Positions 55,664-64,000 of a stretch of 64,000 bases of DNA are shown here, piece after piece. The first letter of the stretch is position 1; the number at the start of each line of letters is the position of its first letter. Source of the stretch: an uncultured Bacilli bacterium (GTDB taxonomy: Bacteria > Bacillota_I > Bacilli_A > RF39 > UBA660); the NCBI GenBank assembly GCA_947632545.1, contig CANRPP010000003.1, positions 351 through 64,350 on the forward strand, written 5' to 3'. A model generated the notes under the pieces. The model had not been told where the DNA came from and ran no database searches. It was given only the letters and a program-made list of their open reading frames with translations. The position numbers and the translations under genes were made by a program.

Positions 55664-56983
55664 ATGATTTCATTAGAAGATAAATTTAAATTTAATATTG
55701 GTGATACTATAGTAATTGGTTGTTCCACTGGGCCTGATTCTATGGCTCTTTTAGACATGCTAATAAAAGCAAGAGAAAAATATAAATTAAAAATTATTTG
55801 TGCTCATGTAAATCATAAATTAAGAGAACAAAGTGAAGAAGAAGAAATTTTTATAAAAGATTATTGTAGTAAAAAGAACGTATTAATAGAAGTTATGTCT
55901 ATAGATAAATATGGAGATGATAACTTTCATAATGAAGCAAGAAATATAAGATATAACTTTTTTGAAAAGCTTGTTAGAAAATATAATGCAGATTATTTAA
56001 TGACTGCTCATCATGGAGATGATTTAATAGAAACTATTCTTATGAGAATTACTAGAGGTTCTAATTTAGAAGGATATAGTGGTATTCATAAAATATCAGA
56101 AATGGAAGGCTATAAAATAGTTAGACCTTTAATTTATTATACAAAAAAAGAATTAGAAGAATATGATATAGAAAATAAAGTTAAATATTATATAGATGAT
56201 TCAAATTTAAAAGATAAGTATACTAGGAATAGATATAGAAAATATATATTACCATTTTTAAAAGAAGAAGATTCTAATGTTCATAAAAAGTTTTTAAAGT
56301 TTAGTGAAAATTTAGAAGAAGCAGAAAAATTTATTAATAAAGAAAGAGATAAAGCTTTATCAAGTATAATTAATAAAAAAACAAATAGAATTTTAATAGA
56401 CAAGTTTCTAAAAATAGACAAATATATTCAAAAAGAAATTCTATATTATATTGTGGAAGATTTTTATCAAGATGATTTAATATTAGTTAATGATAAGCAT
56501 ATTGAACTTTTATTTTATTTAATAAATAGTAATAAATCTAATCTAGTTGTTAATCTACCTAATGAGATTGTAGCGATTAAAAGTTATAATGAATTTTATC
56601 TAAAACGTGAAATGGATGAAATAACTTCTTATGAAATAGAATTTAATAAGTATGCAGAATTACCTAATAATCATATAATTGAAATGGTAGAAAAAACAGA
56701 TGATAATTCAAATAATGTATGTAGATTATTATCTAAAAATATTATGTTGCCTATAACTGTCAGAACTAGAAAGTTTGGAGATAAAATAAGTGTAAAAGGT
56801 TTAAATGGAAAAAAGAAAGTAAAGGATATCTTTATTGAAGCAAAGATTCCTATAGAAAATAGAGACACATGGCCAATAGTAGTTGATGCCCTAGGTAATA
56901 TACTTTGGATACCAGGTGTAAAAAAATCTAAATTTGATATTCCAAAAGGGGAAAACTGTGATATAATATTGAAATATCGTTAA
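55664..56983 (+). CDS. tilS: tRNA(Ile)-lysidine synthase
   Basis: 439 aa with the PP-loop [27 protein letters not shown] and the C-terminal R.R..GD......G.KK.KD.FI..KIP...R..WP. Confidence 0.92.
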   Translation: MISLEDKFKFNIGDTIVIGCSTGPDSMALLDMLIKAREKYKLKIICAHVNHKLREQSEEEEIFIKDYCSKKNVLIEVMSIDKYGDDNFHNEARNIRYNFFEKLVRKYNADYLMTAHHGDDLIETILMRITRGSNLEGYSGIHKISEMEGYKIVRPLIYYTKKELEEYDIENKVKYYIDDSNLKDKYTRNRYRKYILPFLKEEDSNVHKKFLKFSENLEEAEKFINKERDKALSSIINKKTNRILIDKFLKIDKYIQKEILYYIVEDFYQDDLILVNDKHIELLFYLINSNKSNLVVNLPNEIVAIKSYNEFYLKREMDEITSYEIEFNKYAELPNNHIIEMVEKTDDNSNNVCRLLSKNIMLPITVRTRKFGDKISVKGLNGKKKVKDIFIEAKIPIENRDTWPIVVDALGNILWIPGVKKSKFDIPKGENCDIILKYR

Positions 56984-56993
56984 GGAGGAAATT

Positions 56994-58979
56994 ATGAATA
57001 AAAATGTTGTAAATAAGAAAAATGTAAAAAGAGGTTTAGTTCCATATTTATTTATGTTCTTAATTATGCTAGGTATATTTTATGTAGCTAATATTATGAA
57101 TACAAAAATAAATGATTTAACATATAATGAATTTATGACTGAATTAAATGATGGTACTATAAAAGATGCTACTATAACTACAAGAGGTAGTGCTGGAACA
57201 TATGAAGTTACAGGTAAGTTAAAAGGTTATAAGAAAAATGAATCATTTTTTGCAAGACTTCCAAAAAGTGAAGAAGTAATGAAAAAAATAGTAGATGCAG
57301 GTGAAACTCAAGAATTTAAATTAGAGGTTGAACCTGATCCTGAAAGTTCTACATTTTTAATGGTATTAGTTAATGTATTACCATTTGTATTATTAATAGC
57401 TATTGCATTTTTCTTCTTTAATCGTCAAATGGCTGGTAATAAAAGTTCATTAGATTTTGGAAAGAGTAAAGCCAAATTAAGCAATGAAAAAAACAAAGTT
57501 ACATTTAAAGATGTTGCTGGATTAAAAGAAGAAAAAGAAGAAGTAGCAGAATTAATTGACTTTTTAAAAAATCCAAAGAAATTCCAAAAATTAGGTGCTA
57601 GAATACCAAAAGGAGTATTATTATTTGGTCCTCCAGGAACAGGTAAAACCTTACTTGCTCGTGCAGTAGCTGGAGAAGCTAATGTTCCATTCTATTTTAT
57701 AAGTGGTTCTGACTTTGTAGAATTATTTGTAGGTGTTGGAGCAAGTCGTGTTAGAGACATGTTTCAACAAGCAAAAAGAAATGCACCTTGTTTAATATTT
57801 ATTGATGAAATAGATGCAGTTGGTCGTCAAAGAGGTACTGGTTTAGGTGGTGGCCATGATGAAAGAGAGCAAACCCTAAATCAATTACTTACTGAAATGG
57901 ATGGTTTTGGAGAAAATGAAGGTATTATTATAATAGCGGCTACTAATAGACCAGATGTATTAGATCCTGCTTTATTACGTCCTGGAAGATTTGATAGACA
58001 AGTTACAGTTAATCTACCAGATGTAAAAGGTAGAGAAGAAATTTTAGAAGTTCACGCTAAAAATAAAAAGTTAGCTGAAGGAATAACTTTAAAAAATCTT
58101 GCTAAAAGAACACCTGGATTCAGTGGTGCAGATTTAGAAAATTTATTAAATGAAGCTGCATTACTTACAGTTAGAAGAAATAAAGATGCTATTACTATGA
58201 GTGAAATAGATGAAGCAACTGATAGAGTTTTAATGGGACCTGCCAAAACATCACGTAAATATAGTGAGAATGATCGTAAATTAGTTGCCTATCATGAAGC
58301 AGGTCATGCTGTTATTGGCTTAAAATTAGATAATGCTAATGATGTTCAAAAAGTAACAATAATTCCACGTGGATCTGCAGGTGGTTATAACATGATGGTT
58401 CCAAGTGAGGAAAAATTATGTTCAACAAAAACAGATTTACTTGAAGAAATTACAGGCTTACTTGGTGGTCGTACCGCCGAAGAAATAACTTTTGGAGAAA
58501 TAACAACAGGAGCACATAACGATTTTGAAAAAGCAACAAAGATTGCTAGAGCGATGGTTACTGAATATGGTATGAGTGATTTAGGACCACTTCAATTTGA
58601 ACAACAAGAGGGAAGCGTATTTTTAGGAAGAGATTATAATAAAAGTCAACATTTCTCAAATGAAGTAGCTAATGAAATTGATATGGAAATGAGAAAAATA
58701 ATAAACAATTGCCATGAGCATGCAAAAGAAATAATAACTAAAAATAAAAAATTATTAAAATTAATAGCGGAAACTTTACTTGAATATGAAACTTTAACAA
58801 AAGAACAAATAGATTATTTAGTAGAAAATGGTAAAATGCCTGATGAGGAAAATGAAAAGAGTTTAGAAAAATTATCTATTACAAAATTAAAAGAACTTGC
58901 AAAAGAAAAAGGCATTAAAAACTATTCAAAAATGAGTAAAGCTGAATTAGTAGAAGAATTAGGAAAACTTGAAAAATAG
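56994..58979 (+). CDS. ftsH: ATP-dependent zinc metalloprotease FtsH with an extra C-terminal helix-extended-helix (Rho_N/SAP-like) module
   Basis: 661 aa with Walker [12 protein letters not shown], the SRH region, the zinc site HEAGHA and the tail [30 protein letters not shown]. Confidence 0.96.
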   Translation: MNKNVVNKKNVKRGLVPYLFMFLIMLGIFYVANIMNTKINDLTYNEFMTELNDGTIKDATITTRGSAGTYEVTGKLKGYKKNESFFARLPKSEEVMKKIVDAGETQEFKLEVEPDPESSTFLMVLVNVLPFVLLIAIAFFFFNRQMAGNKSSLDFGKSKAKLSNEKNKVTFKDVAGLKEEKEEVAELIDFLKNPKKFQKLGARIPKGVLLFGPPGTGKTLLARAVAGEANVPFYFISGSDFVELFVGVGASRVRDMFQQAKRNAPCLIFIDEIDAVGRQRGTGLGGGHDEREQTLNQLLTEMDGFGENEGIIIIAATNRPDVLDPALLRPGRFDRQVTVNLPDVKGREEILEVHAKNKKLAEGITLKNLAKRTPGFSGADLENLLNEAALLTVRRNKDAITMSEIDEATDRVLMGPAKTSRKYSENDRKLVAYHEAGHAVIGLKLDNANDVQKVTIIPRGSAGGYNMMVPSEEKLCSTKTDLLEEITGLLGGRTAEEITFGEITTGAHNDFEKATKIARAMVTEYGMSDLGPLQFEQQEGSVFLGRDYNKSQHFSNEVANEIDMEMRKIINNCHEHAKEIITKNKKLLKLIAETLLEYETLTKEQIDYLVENGKMPDEENEKSLEKLSITKLKELAKEKGIKNYSKMSKAELVEELGKLEK

Positions 58980-59020
58980 TTTTCCTTTTTATATAATTGA
59001 ATTATTAAGGAGTGATTGTT

Positions 59021-59449
59021 ATGAAAAATAAAGGAAAAAAAGAATTAAATAAGTTGAAAAAAAGCGCTAATGATTTTAAAACATTTATTTCTAGAGGAAA
59101 TGTTGTAGATATGGCTGTAGGTGTTATTGTTGGTGGAGCTTTTGGAAAAATAGTTTCAAGTTTAGTAAATGATATTATAATGCCTGTAATAGGTGTTATA
59201 TTAGGAGGACTCGATTTTAGTAATTTAAGTATAAGAGTAGGAGAAGCAAACTTAAAATATGGTATTTTTATCCAAACAATAATAGATTTTTTAATAATTT
59301 CATTTTGTATATTTATGATGGTAAAATTATTTGAAAAATTTAAAAAGAAAGAAAAGGAAGAAGAACCTAAAAAAAGTGATGAAGTATTATTACTAGAGGA
59401 AATAAGAGATTTATTAAAAAAAGAAAGAAAATCAGTTAAGAAAAAGTAA
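59021..59449 (+). CDS. mscL: large-conductance mechanosensitive channel
   Basis: [35 protein letters not shown] at 59021 is preferred over GTG at 59012, which abuts the SD AAGGAG. Confidence 0.92.
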   Translation: MKNKGKKELNKLKKSANDFKTFISRGNVVDMAVGVIVGGAFGKIVSSLVNDIIMPVIGVILGGLDFSNLSIRVGEANLKYGIFIQTIIDFLIISFCIFMMVKLFEKFKKKEKEEEPKKSDEVLLLEEIRDLLKKERKSVKKK

Positions 59450-59534
59450 CTTATGTTACTTTTTGTTGTTTATAACGTTAATTTATAGTATAATATGTGT
59501 GTTTATTAAAAGTTATTTAAGGAACTGTGATAAT

Positions 59535-60524
59535 ATGGAATGGAAAATAGGTAATGTTAATATTAAGAATCAAGTTGTTTTAGCGCCTATGGCTGGAATA
59601 TCAAATTCTGCATTTAGAAAAATTGCTAAAGAGATGGGTTGTGGACTTATATATGCAGAAATGGTTAGTGATAAAGCTATAATGTATGAGAATAGAAAGA
59701 CTATCGATATGCTTTATATGGAGGATATAGAAAGACCTATCGTACAACAAATATTTGGTACTGATGTTGATAGTTTTGTACTTGCTGCTAAATATATTTA
59801 TGAAAATATGCATCCAGATATTATTGATATTAATATGGGTTGTCCTGTTCCAAAGGTTGCAGTAAGAGCTCAAGCAGGAGCAGCACTATTAAAATCACCA
59901 CATAAAATATATGATATAGTAAAAGCTGTTGTTGATGCTGTAGAAATACCTGTTACAGTAAAAATAAGAAGTGGTTGGGATCAAAATAGTATTAATGCAG
60001 TAGAAGTAGCTAAAGTAATAGAAAGTGCAGGAGCAAGTGCTATTTGTATACATCCTAGAACAAGAAGTCAAGGGTATAGTGGAAAAGCCTGTTGGGATAT
60101 AATAAAACAAGTTAAAGAAAATGTAAGTATTCCAGTAATAGGAAACGGTGATATAAAAACGGCAGATGATGCCAAAAGAATGTTAGAAGAAACAAAATGT
60201 GATGCAGTTATGATTGGAAGAGGAGTTTTAGGTAATCCATGGTTATTAAAACAAACTGTAGAACTTCTTGATAACAACAATTATATAGATGCACCTAGTC
60301 TAGAAGAAAAAATTGATATGTGTATAAAACATCTAAATTACCTAAAAGAAATAAAACCTGACAAAGTAGCAAGACTAGAAATAAGAAATCATATAGGTTG
60401 GTATTTAAAAGGAATGAAAAACTCAAACGAAATTAAAAATAAAGTATATCAATGTTTAACTATTCATGATATAATGCAAGTGTTAGTTGCTTATAAGGAG
60501 GAAATAAAAAATGACAAAGACTAA
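59535..60524 (+). CDS. dusB: tRNA-dihydrouridine synthase
   Basis: Start at MEWKIGNV (ATG at 59535). Has LAPMAGISN..FR, DINMGCP, VTVKIR.GWD and IGNGDI. Confidence 0.92.
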   Translation: MEWKIGNVNIKNQVVLAPMAGISNSAFRKIAKEMGCGLIYAEMVSDKAIMYENRKTIDMLYMEDIERPIVQQIFGTDVDSFVLAAKYIYENMHPDIIDINMGCPVPKVAVRAQAGAALLKSPHKIYDIVKAVVDAVEIPVTVKIRSGWDQNSINAVEVAKVIESAGASAICIHPRTRSQGYSGKACWDIIKQVKENVSIPVIGNGDIKTADDAKRMLEETKCDAVMIGRGVLGNPWLLKQTVELLDNNNYIDAPSLEEKIDMCIKHLNYLKEIKPDKVARLEIRNHIGWYLKGMKNSNEIKNKVYQCLTIHDIMQVLVAYKEEIKNDKD

Positions 60525-61236
60525 AAAAGAAGAAATAAAAGAAAAAGAAAAGAAAACTAAAGAAGAAAAACAAGTAATAGAAGATACTACATTAGTAAAA
60601 AAAGAAAAAGTAAATAAAAAAGAAAAAAAGAAAGCTTCATTTATAGAAAGACTTGGAGCATTAATTATAGATTTTTTTCTTATTAGTATGGTTGTTTCAT
60701 TAATAACATATCCATTAATAAATAATGAAAACTATAAAAAATTAAATAATGAAGCTCAAGATACTTTGGAAAAATATAATGCTGGTAAATTAGATGCTAA
60801 AACTTATTTAAGTAGATCAGCTGATATTAGTTATGATATTTCAAGAGAAACAGGTTTATCTTCATTAATAAGTATATTTATATTCTCTTTATATTTTATA
60901 GTATTTCAGTATAAAAATAAGGGGCAAACTATTGGTAAGAAATTATTAAAAATAAAAATAGAAAAAGCAGATGGTAGTGAATTAAATATAAATGATATTA
61001 TGTTTAGATCATTAATAGTAGATTTTATTTTATATGATATTATAGCATTATGTTTATCTATGCTTTCAAATAAGAGTGGTTATTTTTATGGAGTATTAAT
61101 ATTTGAATTAATCCAATATATAATAGTTTTTATGAGTGCTATTATGATTTTATCTAGAAAAGATAAAAGAGGTATTCATGATATAATTACACATACACAA
61201 GTAATAAAAGAAAAAACAGAAGGAGAAAATGTATGA
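60511..61236 (+). CDS. RDD family membrane protein with a K/E-rich N-terminal extension
   Basis: 241 aa. Three hydrophobic segments and the terminal SRKDKRGIHDIITHT (RDD-type R..D..D). It overlaps dusB and lysS by a few nt. Confidence 0.7.
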   Translation: MTKTKKEEIKEKEKKTKEEKQVIEDTTLVKKEKVNKKEKKKASFIERLGALIIDFFLISMVVSLITYPLINNENYKKLNNEAQDTLEKYNAGKLDAKTYLSRSADISYDISRETGLSSLISIFIFSLYFIVFQYKNKGQTIGKKLLKIKIEKADGSELNINDIMFRSLIVDFILYDIIALCLSMLSNKSGYFYGVLIFELIQYIIVFMSAIMILSRKDKRGIHDIITHTQVIKEKTEGENV

Positions 61237-62702
61237 GAGAATTAACAGAACAAGAAAAAGTTAGAAGAGAAAAAGTAGATAAAATACGTGAATTTTGTAA
61301 TCCTTATCCGGAAAGATATGAAATAACACATGAAATAAAGGATGCAAAATTATTAGAAGATGGAACAACAGGTGTTAGTGTTGCTGGTCGTATTGTATTT
61401 ATGAGAAAAATGGGAAAAATGAGCTTTTTAACTATCCGTGATATAGAAGAAAAGATTCAATTATCAATTAAAGTAGACATGGTAGGAGAAGAAAAATATA
61501 AATTTTTTAAAGAAAATATAGATGTAGGAGATTTTATAGGAGCAACAGGAGAAGTATTTACTACTCATACAGGAGAAAAAACTATAAGAGTAGATAAGTT
61601 TGAATTTTTAGGTAAGGCATTAAAACCACTACCAGAAAAATTTCATGGCCTAACAGATCAAGAAGCTTGCTATAGACAAAGATATGTTGATTTAATAATG
61701 AATCAAGAAACAAGAGATAGATTTATTACAAGAATTAAATTTATAAAAGAACTTCGAAATTATTTAGATAATTTAGGATATATGGAAATAGAAACACCTA
61801 TATTAAATAATAAAGCAAGTGGTGCTACAGCAAAACCTTTTAAATCACATCATAATGCCCAAGATATGGATGTATATTTAAGAATTGCTCCTGAAACTTA
61901 TATGAAAAGAGCAGTAATTGCAGGAATACCTAAGGTATATGAAATAGGTAGATGTTTTAGAAACGAAGGAATAGATCAGACACATTTGCAAGATTTTACA
62001 ATGATTGAAGCATATCAAGCATATTATAACTATAAAGATAATATGAAATTAATTCAAAATATGTTACAAACAATTATCAAAAAGGTTTTTGGTAAACTTA
62101 CTATTGTAATAGGTGATAAAGAAATAGATTTTAGTGGAGACTGGCCTACAGTATCATTTAGAGATTTATTAATTAAATACTCAAATATAGATATAGATGA
62201 ATATAATACTAAAGATAAATTATTAAAAAAGATCCAAGAAGAAAAATTAGAGCTTGAGAGTGAAACTCCTATTGAAGATTTAGGTTTTGGTAATTTAGTA
62301 GATGTATTATACAAGAAAGTTGCAAGACCATATTTAGATGGACCTGTATATTTAACTGAACACCCTATAGATTTATCACCTCTTGCTAGAAATAATGATG
62401 ATAATCCTAATATAACAGATAGATTTCAATTAGTAGTAAATGGTGCTGAAATAGTAAATGGATATTCAGAATTAGTTGATCCTATAGAACAAGAAAAGAG
62501 ATTACTTGAACAAGCTAAATTAAAAGAAGCAGGTGATGCTGAAGCAATGGATATGGATTATGATTATATATCTGCTATGGAATATGGAATGCCACCAATA
62601 TCAGGCTGGGGTATGGGTATAGATAGAATAATACAATTACTTACAAATAGTGAAAATATAAAAGATGTTGTAATGTTCCCTTTAATGAAACCATTATCAT
62701 AG
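61233..62702 (+). CDS. lysS: lysine--tRNA ligase (class II)
   Basis: 489 aa. An OB-fold N-domain, the motif 2 region FRNEG.D..H..DFTM.E.Y, and the motif 3 region GMPP.SGWGMGIDR. Confidence 0.96.
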   Translation: MRELTEQEKVRREKVDKIREFCNPYPERYEITHEIKDAKLLEDGTTGVSVAGRIVFMRKMGKMSFLTIRDIEEKIQLSIKVDMVGEEKYKFFKENIDVGDFIGATGEVFTTHTGEKTIRVDKFEFLGKALKPLPEKFHGLTDQEACYRQRYVDLIMNQETRDRFITRIKFIKELRNYLDNLGYMEIETPILNNKASGATAKPFKSHHNAQDMDVYLRIAPETYMKRAVIAGIPKVYEIGRCFRNEGIDQTHLQDFTMIEAYQAYYNYKDNMKLIQNMLQTIIKKVFGKLTIVIGDKEIDFSGDWPTVSFRDLLIKYSNIDIDEYNTKDKLLKKIQEEKLELESETPIEDLGFGNLVDVLYKKVARPYLDGPVYLTEHPIDLSPLARNNDDNPNITDRFQLVVNGAEIVNGYSELVDPIEQEKRLLEQAKLKEAGDAEAMDMDYDYISAMEYGMPPISGWGMGIDRIIQLLTNSENIKDVVMFPLMKPLS

Positions 62703-62817
62703 AATCTTTATAAAATAAAAGATATAACTTTTTTAAATTTAAAAATCAATTGTTAAAAAATCTTAATAAAAAAAATATAATATATTTATATATTTACATT
62801 AAGAAATTATTAGAAAG

Positions 62818-62842
62818 AAAGGGTATATTAACTCTTTTTTTT
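62818..62842 (+). terminator. hairpin and T-run downstream of lysS
   Basis: 7-bp stem AAAGGGT/ACTCTTT (one G-U pair) with a 6-nt loop, followed by TTTTT. Confidence 0.45.
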
Positions 62843-62922
62843 CATTAAAATTTCATAAAAAAAGTGCATAAATACTTGTAATATCAGTACAATGTAGTAT
62901 ATAATTAATATGGGAGGTAATT

Positions 62923-64000
62923 ATGGAAAAAAGACATAATATAGTAAAAGTTGTTCTATTAGCTACTTTAGTATTTGTACTATTATCTTGGATTTTACCA
63001 GCTGCTTATTTTCAAGAAAGCTATGTAGAACAAGGAAGAGTTCAAATTGGATTATTTGATTTATTTAGTTATCCAATAACAACAACTTTAGCATATTTTG
63101 GAAACATCTTGTTATTTATATTAGTAATAGGAGGATTTTACGGAGTGCTAAATAGAATTGGAGCATATAGAAAAATGCTTGATTCTATGGCTAAATCACT
63201 TAAGAAGCAGGGAAAATTAGTAATCTCAATTATGATGGTATTACTTGCAGTAATAACTTCAATCTGTGGATTACAATTAGGTTTAATGTTATTTTTCCCA
63301 TTCCTAATTTCATTAATATTACTAATGGGATATGATAAAATTGTTGCTGCATTAACAGTTGTTGGTTCAACAATGATTGGTATTGCAGGTACAACATTTG
63401 CATATTCAAATGTTAGTGTTATTTATACACTATTTAGTCTTAAAATAACTAGTAATATATTAATTAAAATATTAGTATTAGTGTTAGGACTAGCAGTATT
63501 AATAGGTAACACAATAATTTATATATCTAAAAATAATAAACCTAGTAAAGCAGCTAAAAAATCAACAAAGAAAGATTCAAGTAAAGAAGAAAAAAATATT
63601 GATGAAGTATTAATACCAGCTGAATCTAAATCAAAAGCAAGTATAGTACCAATTATAGTTATATTTAGTATTATATTTGTAATTATGATTTTAGCATTTA
63701 TACCATGGTCAAATTCATTTACTAATAATGCATTTGTAACTGCAACAGAAGGAGTTACTGGATTTAAAATATTTAACTTTGCATTATTTGGTAAACTACT
63801 TGGTAAGAGTGTTCTTCCTTTTGGAAATTGGACATTAACTGAATTAATAACACTTACAGTTATTTCAACATTAGTACTTGCATTGATTTATAAAGTTAAA
63901 GCAAATGAATTATATGATGGATTATTTGAAGGAATGAAAAAAGCATTAATACCAGCTGTTGTAGCTATGCTAGTATATACATGTTTAGTAATTAATACAT
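62923..64000 (+). CDS. YfcC family (DcuC-like fold) membrane transporter, N-terminal part; continues beyond the window
   Basis: Open frame from the ATG at 62923 (SD GGGAGG) to the window end, about 359 codons with no stop. It is polytopic with an N-terminal ILPAAYF... pattern typical of YfcC-type carriers. A candidate promoter is TTGTAA (62876-81), 18 nt, TATAAT (62900-05). Confidence 0.6.
   Translation, partial: MEKRHNIVKVVLLATLVFVLLSWILPAAYFQESYVEQGRVQIGLFDLFSYPITTTLAYFGNILLFILVIGGFYGVLNRIGAYRKMLDSMAKSLKKQGKLVISIMMVLLAVITSICGLQLGLMLFFPFLISLILLMGYDKIVAALTVVGSTMIGIAGTTFAYSNVSVIYTLFSLKITSNILIKILVLVLGLAVLIGNTIIYISKNNKPSKAAKKSTKKDSSKEEKNIDEVLIPAESKSKASIVPIIVIFSIIFVIMILAFIPWSNSFTNNAFVTATEGVTGFKIFNFALFGKLLGKSVLPFGNWTLTELITLTVISTLVLALIYKVKANELYDGLFEGMKKALIPAVVAMLVYTCLVINT

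Noticed and set aside
1-64000. I considered alternative genetic code (TGA as Trp, Mollicutes-like) because of the extreme AT content, and I searched for CRISPR arrays, IS elements, integrases, prophage genes, and tRNA or rRNA genes.
   Set aside because: TGA terminates conserved genes at the expected length (pth at 40705-07, yabG at 53955-57). No direct-repeat/spacer array, transposase, recombinase or phage-like gene was found. Apart from the SRP RNA, no structured RNA gene was seen in any intergenic spacer.

Overview
This window is the replication-origin region of a very AT-rich, endospore-forming Firmicute chromosome. It uses the standard genetic code: TGA terminates pth and yabG. Genes diverge from oriC. 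Everything left of about 24.25 kb is on the minus strand: rpmH, rnpA, yidC, jag, mnmE, mnmG, rsmG, noc, soj, spo0J, then on to rpsF-ssb-rpsR, rplI, dnaB, ung, with pta and a partial LemA gene on the plus strand at the far left. Everything from dnaA rightward is on the plus strand: dnaA, dnaN, a comK-family gene, recF, gyrB, gyrA, SRP RNA, tadA, dnaX, ybaB, recR, bofA, holB, ricT, rsmI, pth, mfd, spoVT, a T-box leader with metG, tatD, rsmA, yabG, veg, spoVG, yabP, yabQ, divIC, tilS, ftsH, mscL, dusB, lysS. Gene order follows the Bacillus subtilis origin region but is compacted, with several canonical slots empty or refilled. I saw no rRNA, tRNA, CRISPR array or mobile element. The items most worth a second look are: (1) a six-gene cluster at 48.4-52.3 kb, between tatD and rsmA, built around a SipW-type (ER/archaeal-type) signal peptidase, with three divergent TasA-like exported paralogues and two membrane proteins I cannot assign. 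This is the best candidate for an undescribed secreted-fibre or surface system. (2) The gyrA-SRP RNA spacer holds one perfect Noc-binding-site palindrome and two perfect parS palindromes within 80 bp, and the cognate ParB and Noc paralogues are encoded 16-18 kb away. (3) The Noc paralogue lacks the N-terminal membrane helix and carries an acidic insertion of about 285 aa with repeated EPLI-type motifs. (4) A truncated ComK-family gene occupies the dnaN-recF slot. (5) The SRP RNA is short (about 75 nt) even though the organism has sporulation genes. All calls come from reading the sequence and the ORF track by eye; no searches were run.
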